Source of the DNA: Camelus ferus | Lineage: Eukaryota | NCBI RefSeq assembly: GCF_009834535.1 | Contig: NC_045707.1 | Span: 53,012,001 to 53,076,000, forward strand | DNA length: 64,000 bases | Direction of reading: 5' to 3' | Notes under the pieces: generated by a model | Databases searched by the model: none | Told to the model about the DNA's origin: nothing | What the model saw: only the letters and a program-made list of their open reading frames with translations | Shown: positions 1 to 12,707 of the stretch, piece after piece | How positions within the stretch are numbered: the first letter of the stretch is position 1 | Layout: the number at the start of each line of letters is the position of its first letter | Made by a program: the position numbers and the translations under genes

Positions 1-779
1 AGTCCCAGAGCATCAGAAATCACTGCTGGCAAAGTCAAGCTGGTCAACAGGAAGCGTAATGAGAGGTCCATTCCGTGTGAGCCGCGTCCTCCCACCAGCT
101 TGTCCCGGAGCCTGGGCTCCCGCAGACACAGCCTCTCAGGCCCGGGACTTCCTGCCTCCCTGCCCGGGTCCTCCTGCCGCAGGGAGAGTGCCCGCCCCCG
201 GGGCTCACTGCCCTGTAACAGAGCACTTTTAACTCTTGGTTCTCTTCGAGATCTTGCTCCAGGACCAGAGGAAATGGCCACATTGCTGTCATATGAGCTC
301 GGGGCTGTGAGGACAGCGGCTGGAGTTTGGCCAGGTGGAGCCGGCTCGTGACAATAGAGGCTTTGATGACCGGAGAGGTTCCGGATCCCGGGATCCTGGA
401 CGGCAGAGACTCAGAGGACGGGCCAGTCTACTTTCATTGGGAATAAAGGTGGTTTGGTCAGGGTTACAGTCTTGGAGCATTCTCTGTCTCACTGTCAGCG
501 TCCTGCTTGGGGTCATGAATCCCTGAGGACCAGGAGGGTCCAGCCGCAGCCCCACGTGGCCACTGCCCGCCTTTCCTGCGTCTGGAGCCTGGCTTCCGGC
601 AGCAATGCTCCTGGGACAGTCCCTGCAGCCGGAGGCCCCGGCCACAGCATCCTCAGTCCGTGTGTGCAGAGGTCTCCTTGCTGGGGAAGCTGCGTTTGCT
701 CCCTGTCCCCGTGGAGACCCGGAGTGACAGTGACAGCATTGTGTCGTGTCTCAGGACTAAAAAGGATGTCTCGGGGGTA

Positions 780-890
780 GGGGAGGATAGCTTAGCAGTA
801 GAGCATGTGCTTAGCATGCAGGAGGTCTTGGGCTCAATCCCTGGCACCTCTATTAAATAAGTAATAGTAATAATAATAATAAACATTTTA
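780..890 (+). mobile_element. tRNA-Ala-derived SINE (Vic-1-like, camelid)
   Basis: GGGGAGGATAGCTTAGCAGTAGAGCATGTGCTTAGCATGCAGGAGGTCTTGGGCTCAATCCCTGGCACCTC with A/B-box-like motifs, followed by an AT-rich (TAA)n tail. Confidence 0.85.
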
Positions 891-1619
891 AAAGTAAAGT
901 GGGCGTCCCCCTGTGCCATCTCACTCATGTCCCACAATGCTGGAGGCGGCCTTCATCCTCATCGTCCTCTCTTCCGGATGCACAGACGGACCTCAGGAGA
1001 CGCTGCTCCGCTGCTCGGCTCTCGGAGCAGGTGAGAAAGGAGCGGAGCTGACATTCAGACCGGTCCCGGGATTTCGGGTCCCCTGCCCTGATTTCCTAGT
1101 TATATTTAAAAGCACAACTGTTGTACTTGGCTTTGTACGAACTTATTTACAACACATATACCCAATTCTGTTTCATCTCCCTTTAAACACAAGCACTTTT
1201 ATTTTGAAATAGTTTTCAAATGTCAGCAGTATCACTCGGTGGTGTTGTCAGGTCTTGACTGTGTTGGGTCTGAGTGGACCCTGCTCAGCTCAGAGAGATC
1301 CCCACGGCTATGAGCATCTACGGCCAAGCTCTGCTCTTTCCTGGGTTCTAACTGCGGTGAGAAGAGGCTCCCTATTTTATGATGCCATTTTCTTGACACA
1401 GTTTTGTCTGAGTTTGAAAATATTTGCAAGTTGGGGACTTCTTTGATCAAAAAGTTAAAGTTATAATTGAAATTTTTTTAGTTACACTGTTTTCATTTTA
1501 ATAGTTTTGTGTTGTCTGTTGTTACGTGGGTCATCAGACCCTGACAGGTGGATCTGTCAAGACAGTTAATCAGCGCTTCTGCTGTTAGGTAGCTCGACGG
1601 CTTCAGAAATTCTCTGGGT

Positions 1620-2280
1620 CAGTAGTTTTCAGTGGGGCTAGAACTGTTCTCCAAGGAGCCACTGGGAACTTGTGGGCATTTTTTGTTACCTGGATGGTTT
1701 TGAGTGCATAGATATGGAGTTGGCTAGGGCTGGGGTGCTGAATGGGACCGGGGGTGCTGGATGAGACCAGGGATGCTGGGTGGGACCAGGGATGCTGGGT
1801 TGGGACCAGGGATGCTGAGTGGGACCAGGGATGCTGAGTGGGACCAGGGATGCTGAGTGGGACCAGGGGTGCTGGATGAGACCAGGGGTGCTGGATGAGA
1901 CCAGGGGTGCTGGATGAGACCAGGGATGCTGAGTGGGACCAGGGATGCTGGGTGGGACCAGGGATGCTGGGTGGGACCAGGGATTCTGGGTGGGACCAGA
2001 GGTGCTGGATGAGACCACATATGCTGGGTGGGACCATACTTGACGGGCAGGACCTCGGATGCTGGGTGTCACAGAGTTTGTCACAGAGCTTCAGCCCCGG
2101 GTCATCCTGGGTCACATCCACAGGACTGTGGTGCAGGTTTAAAAAAAAAGGAAAAGGAAAAAAGTTCTTGTAATTCTCTGATGATAGCACCTACTTCTAT
2201 TTTAGAGTACCTTTTTTTACAGTACTCACAGAGTACTTTTACACAGTTTTAATAAGCACGTGAGTGTTCTAGGAATGCCC
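1620..2280 (+). mobile_element. MER20/MER20B-like hAT-Charlie fossil interrupted by a minisatellite
   Basis: Starts CAGTAGTTTTCAGTGGGG. Internal GGCATTTTTTGTTAC and 3' TAATTCTCTGA...CAGTTTTAATA...CTAGGAATGC resemble the MER20B consensus as recalled. Confidence 0.6.
1731..2066 (+). repeat. 19-bp minisatellite (GGGACCAGGGATGCTGAGT and variants), about 17 copies
   Basis: Directly visible tandem units; produces repetitive ORFs 1603-2190 and overlapping frames. Confidence 0.95.
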
Positions 2281-5200
2281 TGAAATTTGTAAATCGAATT
2301 TAGTGCAAATTTGCTTGGGTTTTTAACTTTAATCTTTACTCTTATAAGTGTTATTAATTTCTTTTTTATCCTATTTAGAAGCTCAAAGCCTTTAAGGCAA
2401 TGATTAGGATATATTGAAAAGGGTTTTGTTTTTCATTTTTAAATGAGAGATGATTGGTAAACTAAATGGATGTTTTCTCAAGTGCAGTAGGGCGGAGACC
2501 CCAGGGAAAGTGTGAGCGCAGGGGAGACGGTGATGAGCTTGTTGGAGTGTAAATGACTTTCATGATAAGGACGTAAGAAAAATATTTAAAGATGGAGACT
2601 CGGTAGCACTGGATAGATTGGGTGAACCAAACTGGCTGAAATTACCCCAAATTTTTAAAAGGCCAGAGAGGAAGAGACGCAAGGACATGGGACGTGTTAT
2701 GGAGTGGACCCGTGTCCATTCTGGGAGTTCTCCGCCAAAAGTGTTTGAGCTGATTCCTCTCTGTTAGGCTGTGAAGGAAACCGAAGCGTGGCCTTGAAGA
2801 GATGGCAAAGGCCGGTCTGTACCAGGACCCGGGCCAGGGCTGCAGGGGACCCAGGGCTGAAGCTTGGTCTGCGGGAGGGACTGACCCTCCAGACCCTCCC
2901 TCCATGGCTGTGGGCTGTGTGGGGTGACAGGCCCTCCTTGCTCCGAGAGGCGTCCTGCCTTTAAGGACGCGGCCTTCATTTAGCTCCTATGTCTTCTTAC
3001 ACTTCTTCTCGAGGGGCCTTAAAGTCGTGTGAACACACCCCTCCCCGCATCACCTTCCTGATCTGTGAGGTGAAGGTGACAGCCCCTCCTCCAGGTTCTG
3101 TTCAGTTGAACTCGCCCAGACGGCCACTGTGTGCGGGGCCGGCCACTGTGTGCGGGGGCCGTGGGCATGTAGCTCCCCAGGGAGCTCAGGAAAGGGCGCT
3201 GTTGCACCGCGGTGAGTGAGAAGGCCTGCGGGGCCAGGCGGGGCGGGGCTGGAGAGGGTTGGAGGTCAGGGAAGAGCTGGCGCTCCCCTCGCCTGCTGCG
3301 CAGGGGTGTTGGTGAGGGGAGACCGGAGGCTCTGCCTGCCGCCGAGGGGCCTTATGCACAGCAGTGGTGCAGTGAGGATCTCCCTGGTGTGCCTCTGCCA
3401 AGTCAGCGTGGCCACTTTCCAGGGTTTGTATCTGCGGCGGGAATGGGTGGGAGTGGAGGGGCTGCTTCTCCCCGAAAACTGGCTCTGCGTGTCCCCCCTT
3501 CTCCCCTAAAAGAGAGCAAATAAATCAGAGCAGAGGGACGCTCTGGCTGGAACTTGACTGCGTTGCACCCAGCCTGAAGGCTGGTCTCCGTGCGACGGGG
3601 CTGACTCTGCGTCACAGACCTTGCTCTGCCCTCGCTTGTCTCAGACGAGCTCTTCCACCCCCCGGACACGAGTCTCCTTCCTGGACTCCGACGCCCAGTT
3701 CTGCTGTCCAGGCGCCAGATACCCAGGCTCTGGTGCTGGGGAGACGAGCAGGGGTGATGGGTTGTCTTCTTGTTTCTACAGATTTAGTCTGAGGTCCTGA
3801 ACCCAGAGATCCGTCATCCTCCGAAGAGTGACTGCTATCACAGTCTGTTAGGGACTCCGTGTGTTCCCAGGGAATCTGGGCGGGGAAGCCCTTGTACTCA
3901 GGGAGGAAGATGCCCCCACTGCTCCCAAGTCCTTCCTGCGTCTCCACCAAAGACCCTGTATTCCTCTTTGGTGGAACTTGGTGGGAGGCATCCCCGGGGG
4001 TGACTCAGCCGGTGGCGGGGGGACTCTGGGACAGGAGGGGCTGTCTCCATGCTTCAGCCCAGGGGCCTCTGCCTGCCTCTGAGTCAGCCGCACTGCCCTG
4101 GGGGTGAATGAGACCAATGCCAGACACTGAGGTGGAGACGCTCTCAGAGGAGGCTTGGAAGAACCTCCATCAGCTCCAGCGTGTGGATGTTGTCAAGACC
4201 CAAAAGGTGGAGGCTCCCTCTTTATGAAAGTTCACCTCTTTCCGTGCTGACCAGTTGTGTGCATTTTTCTAAGTTTTCTCTGCGTATCAGCAGTGCTTTG
4301 GTAAGTGTGTGGGTACGGTTCCTGACTGAGTGCAGTATCGAGAGCAACCCAGCAGGATGTGAGTTGTGACATTTGGGGTGTTGTCTCATTGCTTCAGGAC
4401 TGTGGGTTATCGCTGTGTCACATGGTCCACCCGAGGGCAGGAAAACCTCCACTTGGGCTCATTGGCTTAAATATAGCTCAGGGCTGCGATGAGGAAGTTC
4501 TGTGCCGGGTGGGAAACAGGAGCTTTTCAAGATAATTCACTGCGATGAGAACCCGCCTCCAGCCCTGATGCAGGAGAGCAAGTAAGGACCAAGGGAGGTT
4601 GTCTGCCCCGTATCGGAGGACGGAGCGCAGAGGCCGGCAGGTGAGGCGCTGGGGTGGGGGCTGCCTGGGGGTGGGGTCGTGTGTGCAGGGGGTGAAGACA
4701 GCGGAGAGGGGACATGTGGACAGACACAGCCAGCTCCAGCCCTGTGCCAGTCCCCATTTGTTTCCCTCGGGACCCGCCCTCCCAGTGTTGGAAAGCAGAC
4801 CTCAGAGACACTTGTCTGGGCGTGCCAGCGCGGTGCCAGAGCTGGCATGTGGCCTTTGGCCATGCTCGTTGCAGCTGCAGCTCCCTCTGCCAGGTCACCG
4901 TGCTCCCGAGACTTCCTGCGGGTGCTCTCTCCCTGGCCAGCGGCCAGCGTGCGTCCGTCCGGGCAGCTCGGTGTGATACTGGTTTCATAGCAGGAGCCGG
5001 TGAGGGAGGTGGCCGTGCCCTGTGTTTGCAAAGAAGATGTTCGTAGTGACGATGGTCCTGCAGAGGCTGTCCTGTAATGCACCTTTGTGAGACATTGAAT
5101 GTTTTTAGCTCAGGTTCTGTGTTGGGACTTAAAACAAACCAACAAATGTGTACTGTTTAGCACTGTGGTTAGCCAACTTTGGTCTCGCCCTGGTGAGGAA

Positions 5201-6559
5201 AAAGCATTCTAACTGGCAGGGCCTTTTCTTACTCAGTAACCCCGGTAACTGCTTAAAAACCAGCGGGCTGTCTTTAAAGGAAACTTAATGCACCAAGTTC
5301 GCATTTGTAAAATCTTTATTAAGAGGTGATTATTCACCCAAAAGGATCCCGTGCCTTACATGTGATTTGTGTTACATAGTGAATTTCCTTGGAGACTTAA
5401 ATGTGTTTATGAAAATGTCTTGCAGCTGATCTTCAGGAACATGGTAACCTTGAGAGGAATAGTCCCGTGGTGACGGGGGAGGGGTCCCTTATGTATTAAT
5501 ATTTGTGTATATGTTACACATCTGTATATAGATGCGCATAATCGTGAAAGGTGGGTTATAGTGACCAGGAGAAGAGAATTCTCTTTTTCGGGGACAAGAA
5601 AGAAAGTTAGGAAGAGGGTGATCACTGATCACTTCCACTGATCTTTCGTTAATAAAGAGGGTTCGTGGCTGGGTTTGCAGCAGGAGGCACTGTGCATGGC
5701 TCATTGGTAGAAAGTGAACAGAACTCTGGATAAACATGCACCCAGATGATGACCTCAGACCAGCACGAGCAGAGCAGCACGAGTGCGGTCACGAGCGAGG
5801 GTCACCAGAGGAGGGGCCCTGTCACCTCGGGGATGGCGCCGGGGGGTGGGTGACCGAGCCGGGCGGTGGAGGGTGAGTGTGTTTCACAGCTGCAAGCAGC
5901 AGCGGGAAGGGGGCTCTTCAAGGTGGGGTTGGTCACAGAGCGGGAGGGTCTGCAGGTCGGGTTTGCCCCTCTGTTCAGAACCTCCATTGCCTGCTTCTCC
6001 CTGAGTGACAGCTGGTTCTCAAGGCTTGTTTGACCTGTGCCCTGCCCTGGGCCCCCTGCCCTGGGCGCTCCTACTCTTTCCCACCATCCTGCGAGGTCCT
6101 GGAGCGGGGAAACCTTGCCTCCCCGTTCACCTCTGTGTCCCCAGGGCTGGAGCTCTGAGAGCTCCGTTGACTTGTGTCGAACGAGTGAAGGAAATTCAGA
6201 AGGTGTCCAGTGAACTGGGATGTGCGTGTTTGGGGGATGAGGGTGACGGGAGTGTCATGGCCTGCTGGTCTTGAGTGCAGTGTGAAGTCTCGGGGGGTTT
6301 GGGGAGAAGCGGTGTGATGACGTAGCATAAGATGTGCCCTGAGCAGTGTTTCTAGGGCTTAACAACAAGGCTGGAAGGAAGCTCTTTGTAGCCTGGGAAG
6401 GTGTCTGGGCGCTTAGTTCTTCGGGTTTGGCTGCTACTTGGTCTTTCTCGTCACTAACTTGACAGATCGGGGCTTGTACAGAGAATCTGCCTCCTCACCC
6501 GTCTATTCACTGAGCCAGTTTATCCTTGAAACGCTCTGGTGTAGCTGGGAGGGTGTGGG

Positions 6560-6750
6560 TTTCACAGCTGCCAGACTTGGTCCAGATGTCACTCCTGCCA
6601 CGTGTATGGTTCTGACAAAATTTCCTAACATCTCAGTTGCAGGATCCTCGTCTGTAAGCGGCAGTCGGGCTGAATCTGTGATTGAGAGAATGTGTGTAAA
6701 AGGGTTCTAGCTTGGTGTCTGGTGAGATACAGGCACTTGACAAATGTCCC
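6560..6750 (+). mobile_element. Degenerate MIR-like SINE
   Basis: Core-like ACAAAATTTCCTAACATCTCAGTT...CTCGTCTGTAAG, tail GTAAAAGGGTTCTAGCTTGGTGTCTGG...GGCACTTGACAAATGT. Confidence 0.55.
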
Positions 6751-6759
6751 CTCCTCGTT

Positions 6760-7810
6760 GTTTACTGCGGTTAAATACATGTAACACCAAACTTGCCATT
6801 TGAACTGTTGTTAAGAATAAAACTTAGTGGCACTGACTATATTCACAATACTATACAGCCATCCCCACTGTCCGTTACAGAGCTTTCCGTCACTCCAAGC
6901 GGGTACCCGGCACCCGTTAAGCCTTAGCTGCCCGTTCCCCGCCCCCCGCCCCCAACAACCCTAATCCGCTCCCGGCCCCTGGATTTGCTGAGTGGAGCGA
7001 GCGGCCTGTGGCTTCTGTCTGCCCGCCCTCGCCGAGCGCCCCGAGGTGTGTCCCCATCGGGGTGCGCGTCCGGACTTCTTTTCCTTTTTGGGCGGATATT
7101 ACTCTGTTGTGTGGGTGGACCACACCTTGTTTATCCATCGTCTGTCGATGACACTGGGTTGTTTCTGCCTGTTGGCTGTTGTGAACATGGGTATGTGAGT
7201 GTCCGTCTGAGTCCCTGTTGTCGGTTCTTTGGGCTGTGTCCCCTGTCGACTGAAATAAAATACACCACCTAAAAGCTGAGAGTTACATTTCGTTCAGTGG
7301 ACGTTTCTGAGAACGTGATCCCCTTTGAGCCGGGATGACAGCCTCTCAGATCGCTGTGAGGGACTGCTCCGAAGAGGTAGGGGAGGGGCCAGGAGATGAA
7401 GGAGATATAGGAGGACCAGGTAGTCGGAACATTAAAGATTACTGTTAAAGAAATCATGCGTCTCAAGTTAAAAAATTTAGCGCTTTTTTATGTATGGGAG
7501 GGAGCAACCATCTGGGCTCACTGAATTCATTCCTTTGACAAGCACCTAGCTACCTAGGGCCAGTATCCTGTCCTTTCTTACTCTGCGTCCCCTCAGAGTG
7601 CACCATTGTCAGGGCTGCAGGCTGGTCTGCACCCTGAGGTCACTGTGGGGTGGGGGTGGCTGCAGTCACTGAAGACTTGATGGCTCCAGCATTCTTTGTT
7701 TACTGATACGGCTGCAGTATTTTTCGTTCACACCCCAGAAGTAGAATTGCTGAGTCATGGTGATTCTGTGTTTAACTTTTTGAAGGACCACCAAGCTGTT
7801 TCTTCCACTT
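6760..7810 (-). mobile_element. Old LINE-1 3' fragment split by a solo LTR
   Basis: L1 3' motifs (TTGTTTATCCATC, TTGGCTGTTGTGAAC). The L1 sequence resumes after the LTR as CCCCAGAAGTAGAATTGCTGAGTCAT. Confidence 0.8.
7244..7732. mobile_element. ERV1-class solo LTR (MER41-like by recall), 489 bp
   Basis: TG...CA termini with 4-bp TSD CCCC (7240-7243 / 7733-7736). Confidence 0.85.
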
Positions 7811-9977
7811 AGATCTTTATTTTGCTCTGTGTCATCCATGCTGGTCTCCTTAAAGACCCAGAACTACCAGAGCTCAGGTTTGAAAGGAACCACATTCTAT
7901 GTAGTATCTGATAACCCCATGTGTGCCCTCCACTTCCAGATGCCAGCCTCTTCAGAGCTCCAGCAGCTCGGCCGCTGCTGCAGAGGACGTCTCTTCCTTC
8001 CCCTCCTTCCTTCTTCCATCTTCTCCCCTCTCCGACCTTCCCCTCCTGCCTCTGCTCTGCCTCATCCCCCAGCTTCTCTAAAGGGACATCAGGGAGGAAG
8101 TCTTGTGGGAGTTGGTTCCCCCCGCTACACCCCCGCTGGGACCTGGAGTTGCCGTCCCCCTTGTAGGAGGTTGTGGGAGGGTCCTGGGGGCTGGATCTCA
8201 CCAGCACACAACAGGCTTCCTGAAGCCAGGCCTTCAGGATGGTCGGCACATGTGATAAATGCCAGCAGGTATTTGGGCAAAGTTGGGTGGAAAATAAGAA
8301 TATAGCATCATCATGGCAAGGGGGGGGGATTCAGTCTTCAGGGCTGCCAGCCCAGCACAGCGTCGTCAGCAGCAGCTGGGAGGAATCCTTAAAGTGGGTT
8401 TCCTGCACACCTGCCGGAAATAGACCCCAGCCTGCCAAGTCGGGTGTGATCACTTAGGCAGAGAAGTTGCGTGTCGTCCCCTGTGACCCTGACTGGCCTG
8501 GTCAGCTCAGTTTGGCTGCACCTGTTTCTGAGACCATCGCAGAGGCCTTTGGCCTTTGTGTGTCTGGTGAGACGTCGCAGTGAGTAAAGGCCGCGCCGCT
8601 GCCCTGCCAGAGACTGAGGGGCACGTGGGAAACAGCCGCAGTGGGGGCAAAGCCACATGCACATCTGGGCCGTAGCAGTGACTTACTAATGACAGTCCCA
8701 AGGAGAAAATCTGCGCGGCCAGAGTTCTGAAGAGAACTGTAGCCAGTTGCTAATTCGTGGACCAGGGCGAGGAGGTGGCAGGATGCGGCAGAGGGGCGGG
8801 GCGGGCGGGTTTGGCTAGAAGCCCCCACCCCTGCCTGGGAGGCTGGAGCCGTGGAGGGAGTCACAGTGAAGAGGGAGAGACTGGAGCCCAGACCTTCTGT
8901 GACCAACCCAAGGTGACCCAGTCCGCCACTGCGCGTGTCCACCGGGCTTCCAAAACCCTAACGAAAGGGGAGGGACGTTCACCGAGAAGGCACTTTGAGT
9001 TCTACACGCCGGGGTGCTCCCGCTCGGATTGGAGTCCTTGGCAGCTGGGACGTCACCCACGGGAGTCGAGCCCGCAGGTGCGAAGCCAGAGCGCCGTCCA
9101 GCTGCCCCCGGGCTGCACGCCGACTGTGATGGGTTCAGAGGCTCCCGGCCCGAGTTGCACGTCGCTGCCTGAGTGCTCAGGGCCTCGTCCACAGGGCGCC
9201 GCGCTCCAGAAGCAGGACCTGGGGTCACCCAGGACAGCGCTCCGATCACACGTGGTCACATGTCCTGTGAGCCCCGCCCTCGGGTAGCTCAGCATCCATG
9301 GGAAGACAGAAGCAGGTCTTTTATTATCAAAAGAAACAAATTTTAATAAGATATTTGATTTAACTCAAGATGCCAAACTGTTAGCATGTCTGAACCGTAT
9401 ATGCCTGGTAATCGTATTAAAAGCTAATGAGCTGTTGTGCAGTTGACGTGAAGGTGTGAAGGGAATCTCTGAAACCCCGCGTGTCGTTCACATTTAGAGC
9501 GTGTCTGTTCACACCGGCCACACTTAAGTTGCTGCAGGTAGCGGTTTAGCTCCCAAACTGAAGCGCATACGCAAGAGGGAGGCACTGAGACTCGCCCTAA
9601 AAATCAGAGGTAGGGACTCTGCCTGGAAGCCCCTGGGAGGAGAGCAGCTTGGCCCGGCGGGGGAAGCCCATTGGGAGGATGCAGGTGTCACCACATGTGG
9701 AGGACCACCAGGGCCCTTTGTGGGGGGCAGTATCGTCCGATGAGCGCTATCGAAACCAGCAGCAGCGACCACAGGAAAACCTTGTGGCCTTGACTCCGAT
9801 GTGGCCCCGCACTTGGGGGTGGGGGGAAGTGTGTCCGGGCAGACCTACCGGCCACGGAGAATGGAACCACAGCCTTGGAGGTCTGTGTGGACGCCGTTGC
9901 CAGAGAACCCTTCCTCCCGAAGGCCTGATGACTTTTTCAGCCGGAGCTGCAGCGTCGTCTGAGGAAGTGACTGAGAG

Positions 9978-9985
9978 ATGACCTT
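9978..9985 (+). CDS. LIMS1: Candidate alternative first exon, coding tail only (ATG ACC TT|GTAAGG, giving MTFNMANAL...)
   Basis: Good GTAAG donor in phase 2, matching the exon-2 acceptor. Resembles the human MTCNM- N-terminal isoform as I recall it. ETS-type GAGGAAGT lies immediately upstream at 9961-9968. Confidence 0.5.
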
Positions 9986-10158
9986 GTAAGGGGATTTCAC
10001 AGACCTCGACCCCGAGCAGGAGAAGTGGGGGTGCAGGCTTGCCCCCAGCCAAGCAGAAACTGTTTGTAGATGTTCTTGGACTTTCCCTACATGCTTCTTG
10101 TGATTCTGCCGCTTTGTGGTCTTTGTCCCACTTCCTTTTGTGGGGGGCAGCAACTAGG

Positions 10159-10250
10159 TTTGTTTATTTATTTACTGGAGGTGCTGGGGATGGAACCCAG
10201 GACCTTGTGCGTGCCAGGCGCGTGCTCCACCACTGAGCTCTCCCTCCCCC
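10159..10250 (-). mobile_element. Vic-1-like SINE
   Basis: Reverse complement of the SINE at 780 (GAGGTGCTGGGGATGGAACCCAGGACC...CCACTGAGCT), with TTTA tail. Confidence 0.85.
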
Positions 10251-10481
10251 GCCACCTGACTTCTGTCTTTCAGGCTTTCCCCCTATACTTACTAATTTTT
10301 TTTGCTAGTTTGCTGTGTGCCAGGAATAAGTGTCCCTGGGCCTGCTCTTGGCTCTCTTACCTGTGGGTCTTCAGTGCTGTTCCTTCGTCTGAAAAATGAA
10401 GAGAATTAGGATTAAAATCCTCTATAATATATTATAATTATTTATAATCCTCCAACGTCCTCACTTTGCATCCTGAAGCCT

Positions 10482-11039
10482 CTTTTTTTTTTTTTCTTAA
10501 ATTGAAGTATTGTCAGTCACAATGTGTCAGCCTCTGGGGCACAGCACAGTGTGCCAGTCCTGCATACATAGATACACACATTCGTTTTCATATTGTTTCT
10601 CATCAAAGGTTACCACAAGATGCTGAATATAGTTCCCTGTGCTGTACAGAAGAAATTTGTTTTTATCCATTTTTATATGTAAAGGTTAACATTTATTTGC
10701 AAATCTCAAACTCCCAAATTTATCCCTTCCCACCTCCTTTTCCTCCTGGTAACCATAAGATTGTTTACTATGTCTGTGAGTCTGTTTCTTTTGTAGAGGA
10801 GTTCATTAGTGTCCTCTTTTTTCTTTCTTTTTTTTTTTTAAGATTCCACTTACGAGTGATATCATATGGTATTTTTCTTTCTCTTTCTGGCTTACTTCAC
10901 TTAGAATGATGATCTCCAGATCTATCCATGTTGCTGCAAATGGCATTATTTTGTTATTTTTTATGGCTGAGGAGTATTCCATTGTATAAATACACCACAG
11001 CTTCTTTATCTAGTCATCTGTCGGTGGACATTTACGTTA
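10482..11039 (-). mobile_element. Younger 5'-truncated LINE-1 3' end
   Basis: Poly-T head, L1 3'UTR motifs (CTGGCTTACTTCACTTAGAATGA, CCATGTTGCTGCAAATGGCATTATTT), TSD CTGAAGCCT at 10473-10481 and 11040-11048. Confidence 0.9.
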
Positions 11040-11048
11040 CTGAAGCCT

Positions 11049-11950
11049 TTTTTTAATTGTGGTGAAATACATATAAAATTTACCATCTTGAACTTTTTAA
11101 ATGTATAGTCCAGTGGCCTTAAGACACTCACATTGCTATGCCACCATCTCCAGACTGCTTTCCGTCTTGCAAAGTTGAAGCTCTGTTAATCAGTGTCTCC
11201 CCCCACCACCCCCAGACTGTGACACACACCATCTCCGTTCTGTTTGTTTCTATGGATTTGACGACTCTAGGTCCTCACACAAGTGGAATCACGCAGGACT
11301 TGTCTTTCTATGTCTGGTTGACTTCACTGAGCTTAATGTCCTCAGGGTTCATCCGTGTTGTAGCAGGTGTCAGAGTGTCCTTCCTTTTTAAGGCTGAGTG
11401 TTTTCCGTCGCGTGTATAGACCGCATTTGTTTATTCATTTGTAGGTGGACATCTATGTTGCTTCCACCTTCTGGCCGTTGTGAATAATGCTGCCATGAAC
11501 GTGGGTGTACAAGTCTCTGTTGGAGTCTCTGTTTTCAATTATTCTAGATGTATACCAAGAAGTAGAACTTCTGGGCCATATGGTGACTCTTTTTCATTTT
11601 TCTGAACACTACCGTACTGTTTTCCATAGTGATTGCACCATTTTGTATTCCATCTCTCCATATCCCCAGCATTTGACTGTACTTTCCCCACTGAAGGGTC
11701 TTGGCACCCTTGCTGAAAGTCGTTTGACCATGTTTGTGAGGTCAATGCCTCGGCCCTCGGTCTGTTCCACTGGTCGGTGTGTCTGCTTTACGCCGCACCA
11801 CACTGTTTAGATTACTGGAACTTGAGATTGAGTTTTGAAATCAGGAAGTGTGAGACCTCCAACTTTGTCTTTTTCAGGAATGTGTTGGCTTTGGAGGGCT
11901 CCTTGACGTTCCTGTGAATTTTAGGATGAATTGTTCTATTTCTGGGAAAA
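11049..11950 (-). mobile_element. Older LINE-1 (L1MB-like) 3' region
   Basis: TTTTAATTGTGGTGAAATACATATAAAATTTACCATCTT; TTTTGAAATCAGGAAGTGTGAGACCTCCAACTTTG. Confidence 0.85.
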
Positions 11951-12707
11951 AAAAAAAAACCACCTCATTTTTGAACTCTGTAAAGCAAGGGTGATATTTT
12001 TGCCCAGTGGTTTAATTTAAAACAGAAGAAATTTCTCCCTGTAGCAAGAAATGAGGGCTGGCCTGGGGACAGCCTTCGGCACCTGTGGGTGGTGGAAGGC
12101 CCTGCGGGGAAGATTCCCTTGGAGCAGAGATGGAGAGCGGGGTGACTTCCTGGCTGTACTCGCAGTGGCCCAGGTCCGAGGCCATGCTCTCTGGCCTCCC
12201 CGTGATGCTGCGGCCACCCTGCTCAGTGACCACCACTGTCGTGGTCCTCCAGTGTCTCTCCCAAGCTGTTTATGGTTAATTCCCGTTTAATTCTTAAAAG
12301 ACTGTGGAGCAAACACGCACTTGCTGTCTTTGATTTACAAGAGAGGAAGCTGCGGGTGCAGTAAAAGCTGGAACGGGGCCTGGGGCGGCCTCCCTCCTGG
12401 GGGCAGAGCCCAGGGTGGTCACTCCATGTGGACGGGGAGGCTTCAGCAGACCATCGAGTGACCCTCCGGCCCCTCTGACCACGCATGCCTGCCTGCTGGG
12501 CCCTCTCTTCAGCTGTTCAGCATGTGACATGGGAGTATAAATAGGTTTTTAGTTACTGTATTTTTTGACCGAAACTTTGTATGTGGTCCTAATGTAAAAG
12601 GCAGGCAAGCTGAGTATTAATTATATATAGTTCTCCCTTAAAAAGTAATTCTTAAATTGCTGTCCATGTGTTTGGTCAATGGTTGGCTTTAAAAAACATA
12701 CACAGTT

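Noticed and set aside
780..852. tRNA-Ala(AGC) gene
   Set aside because: Stems and T-loop are degenerate, an AT-rich tail follows, and several diverged copies exist, so it is a SINE.
1603..2190. Repetitive Pro/His/Trp-rich ORFs
   Set aside because: Products of the 19-bp minisatellite read in several frames.
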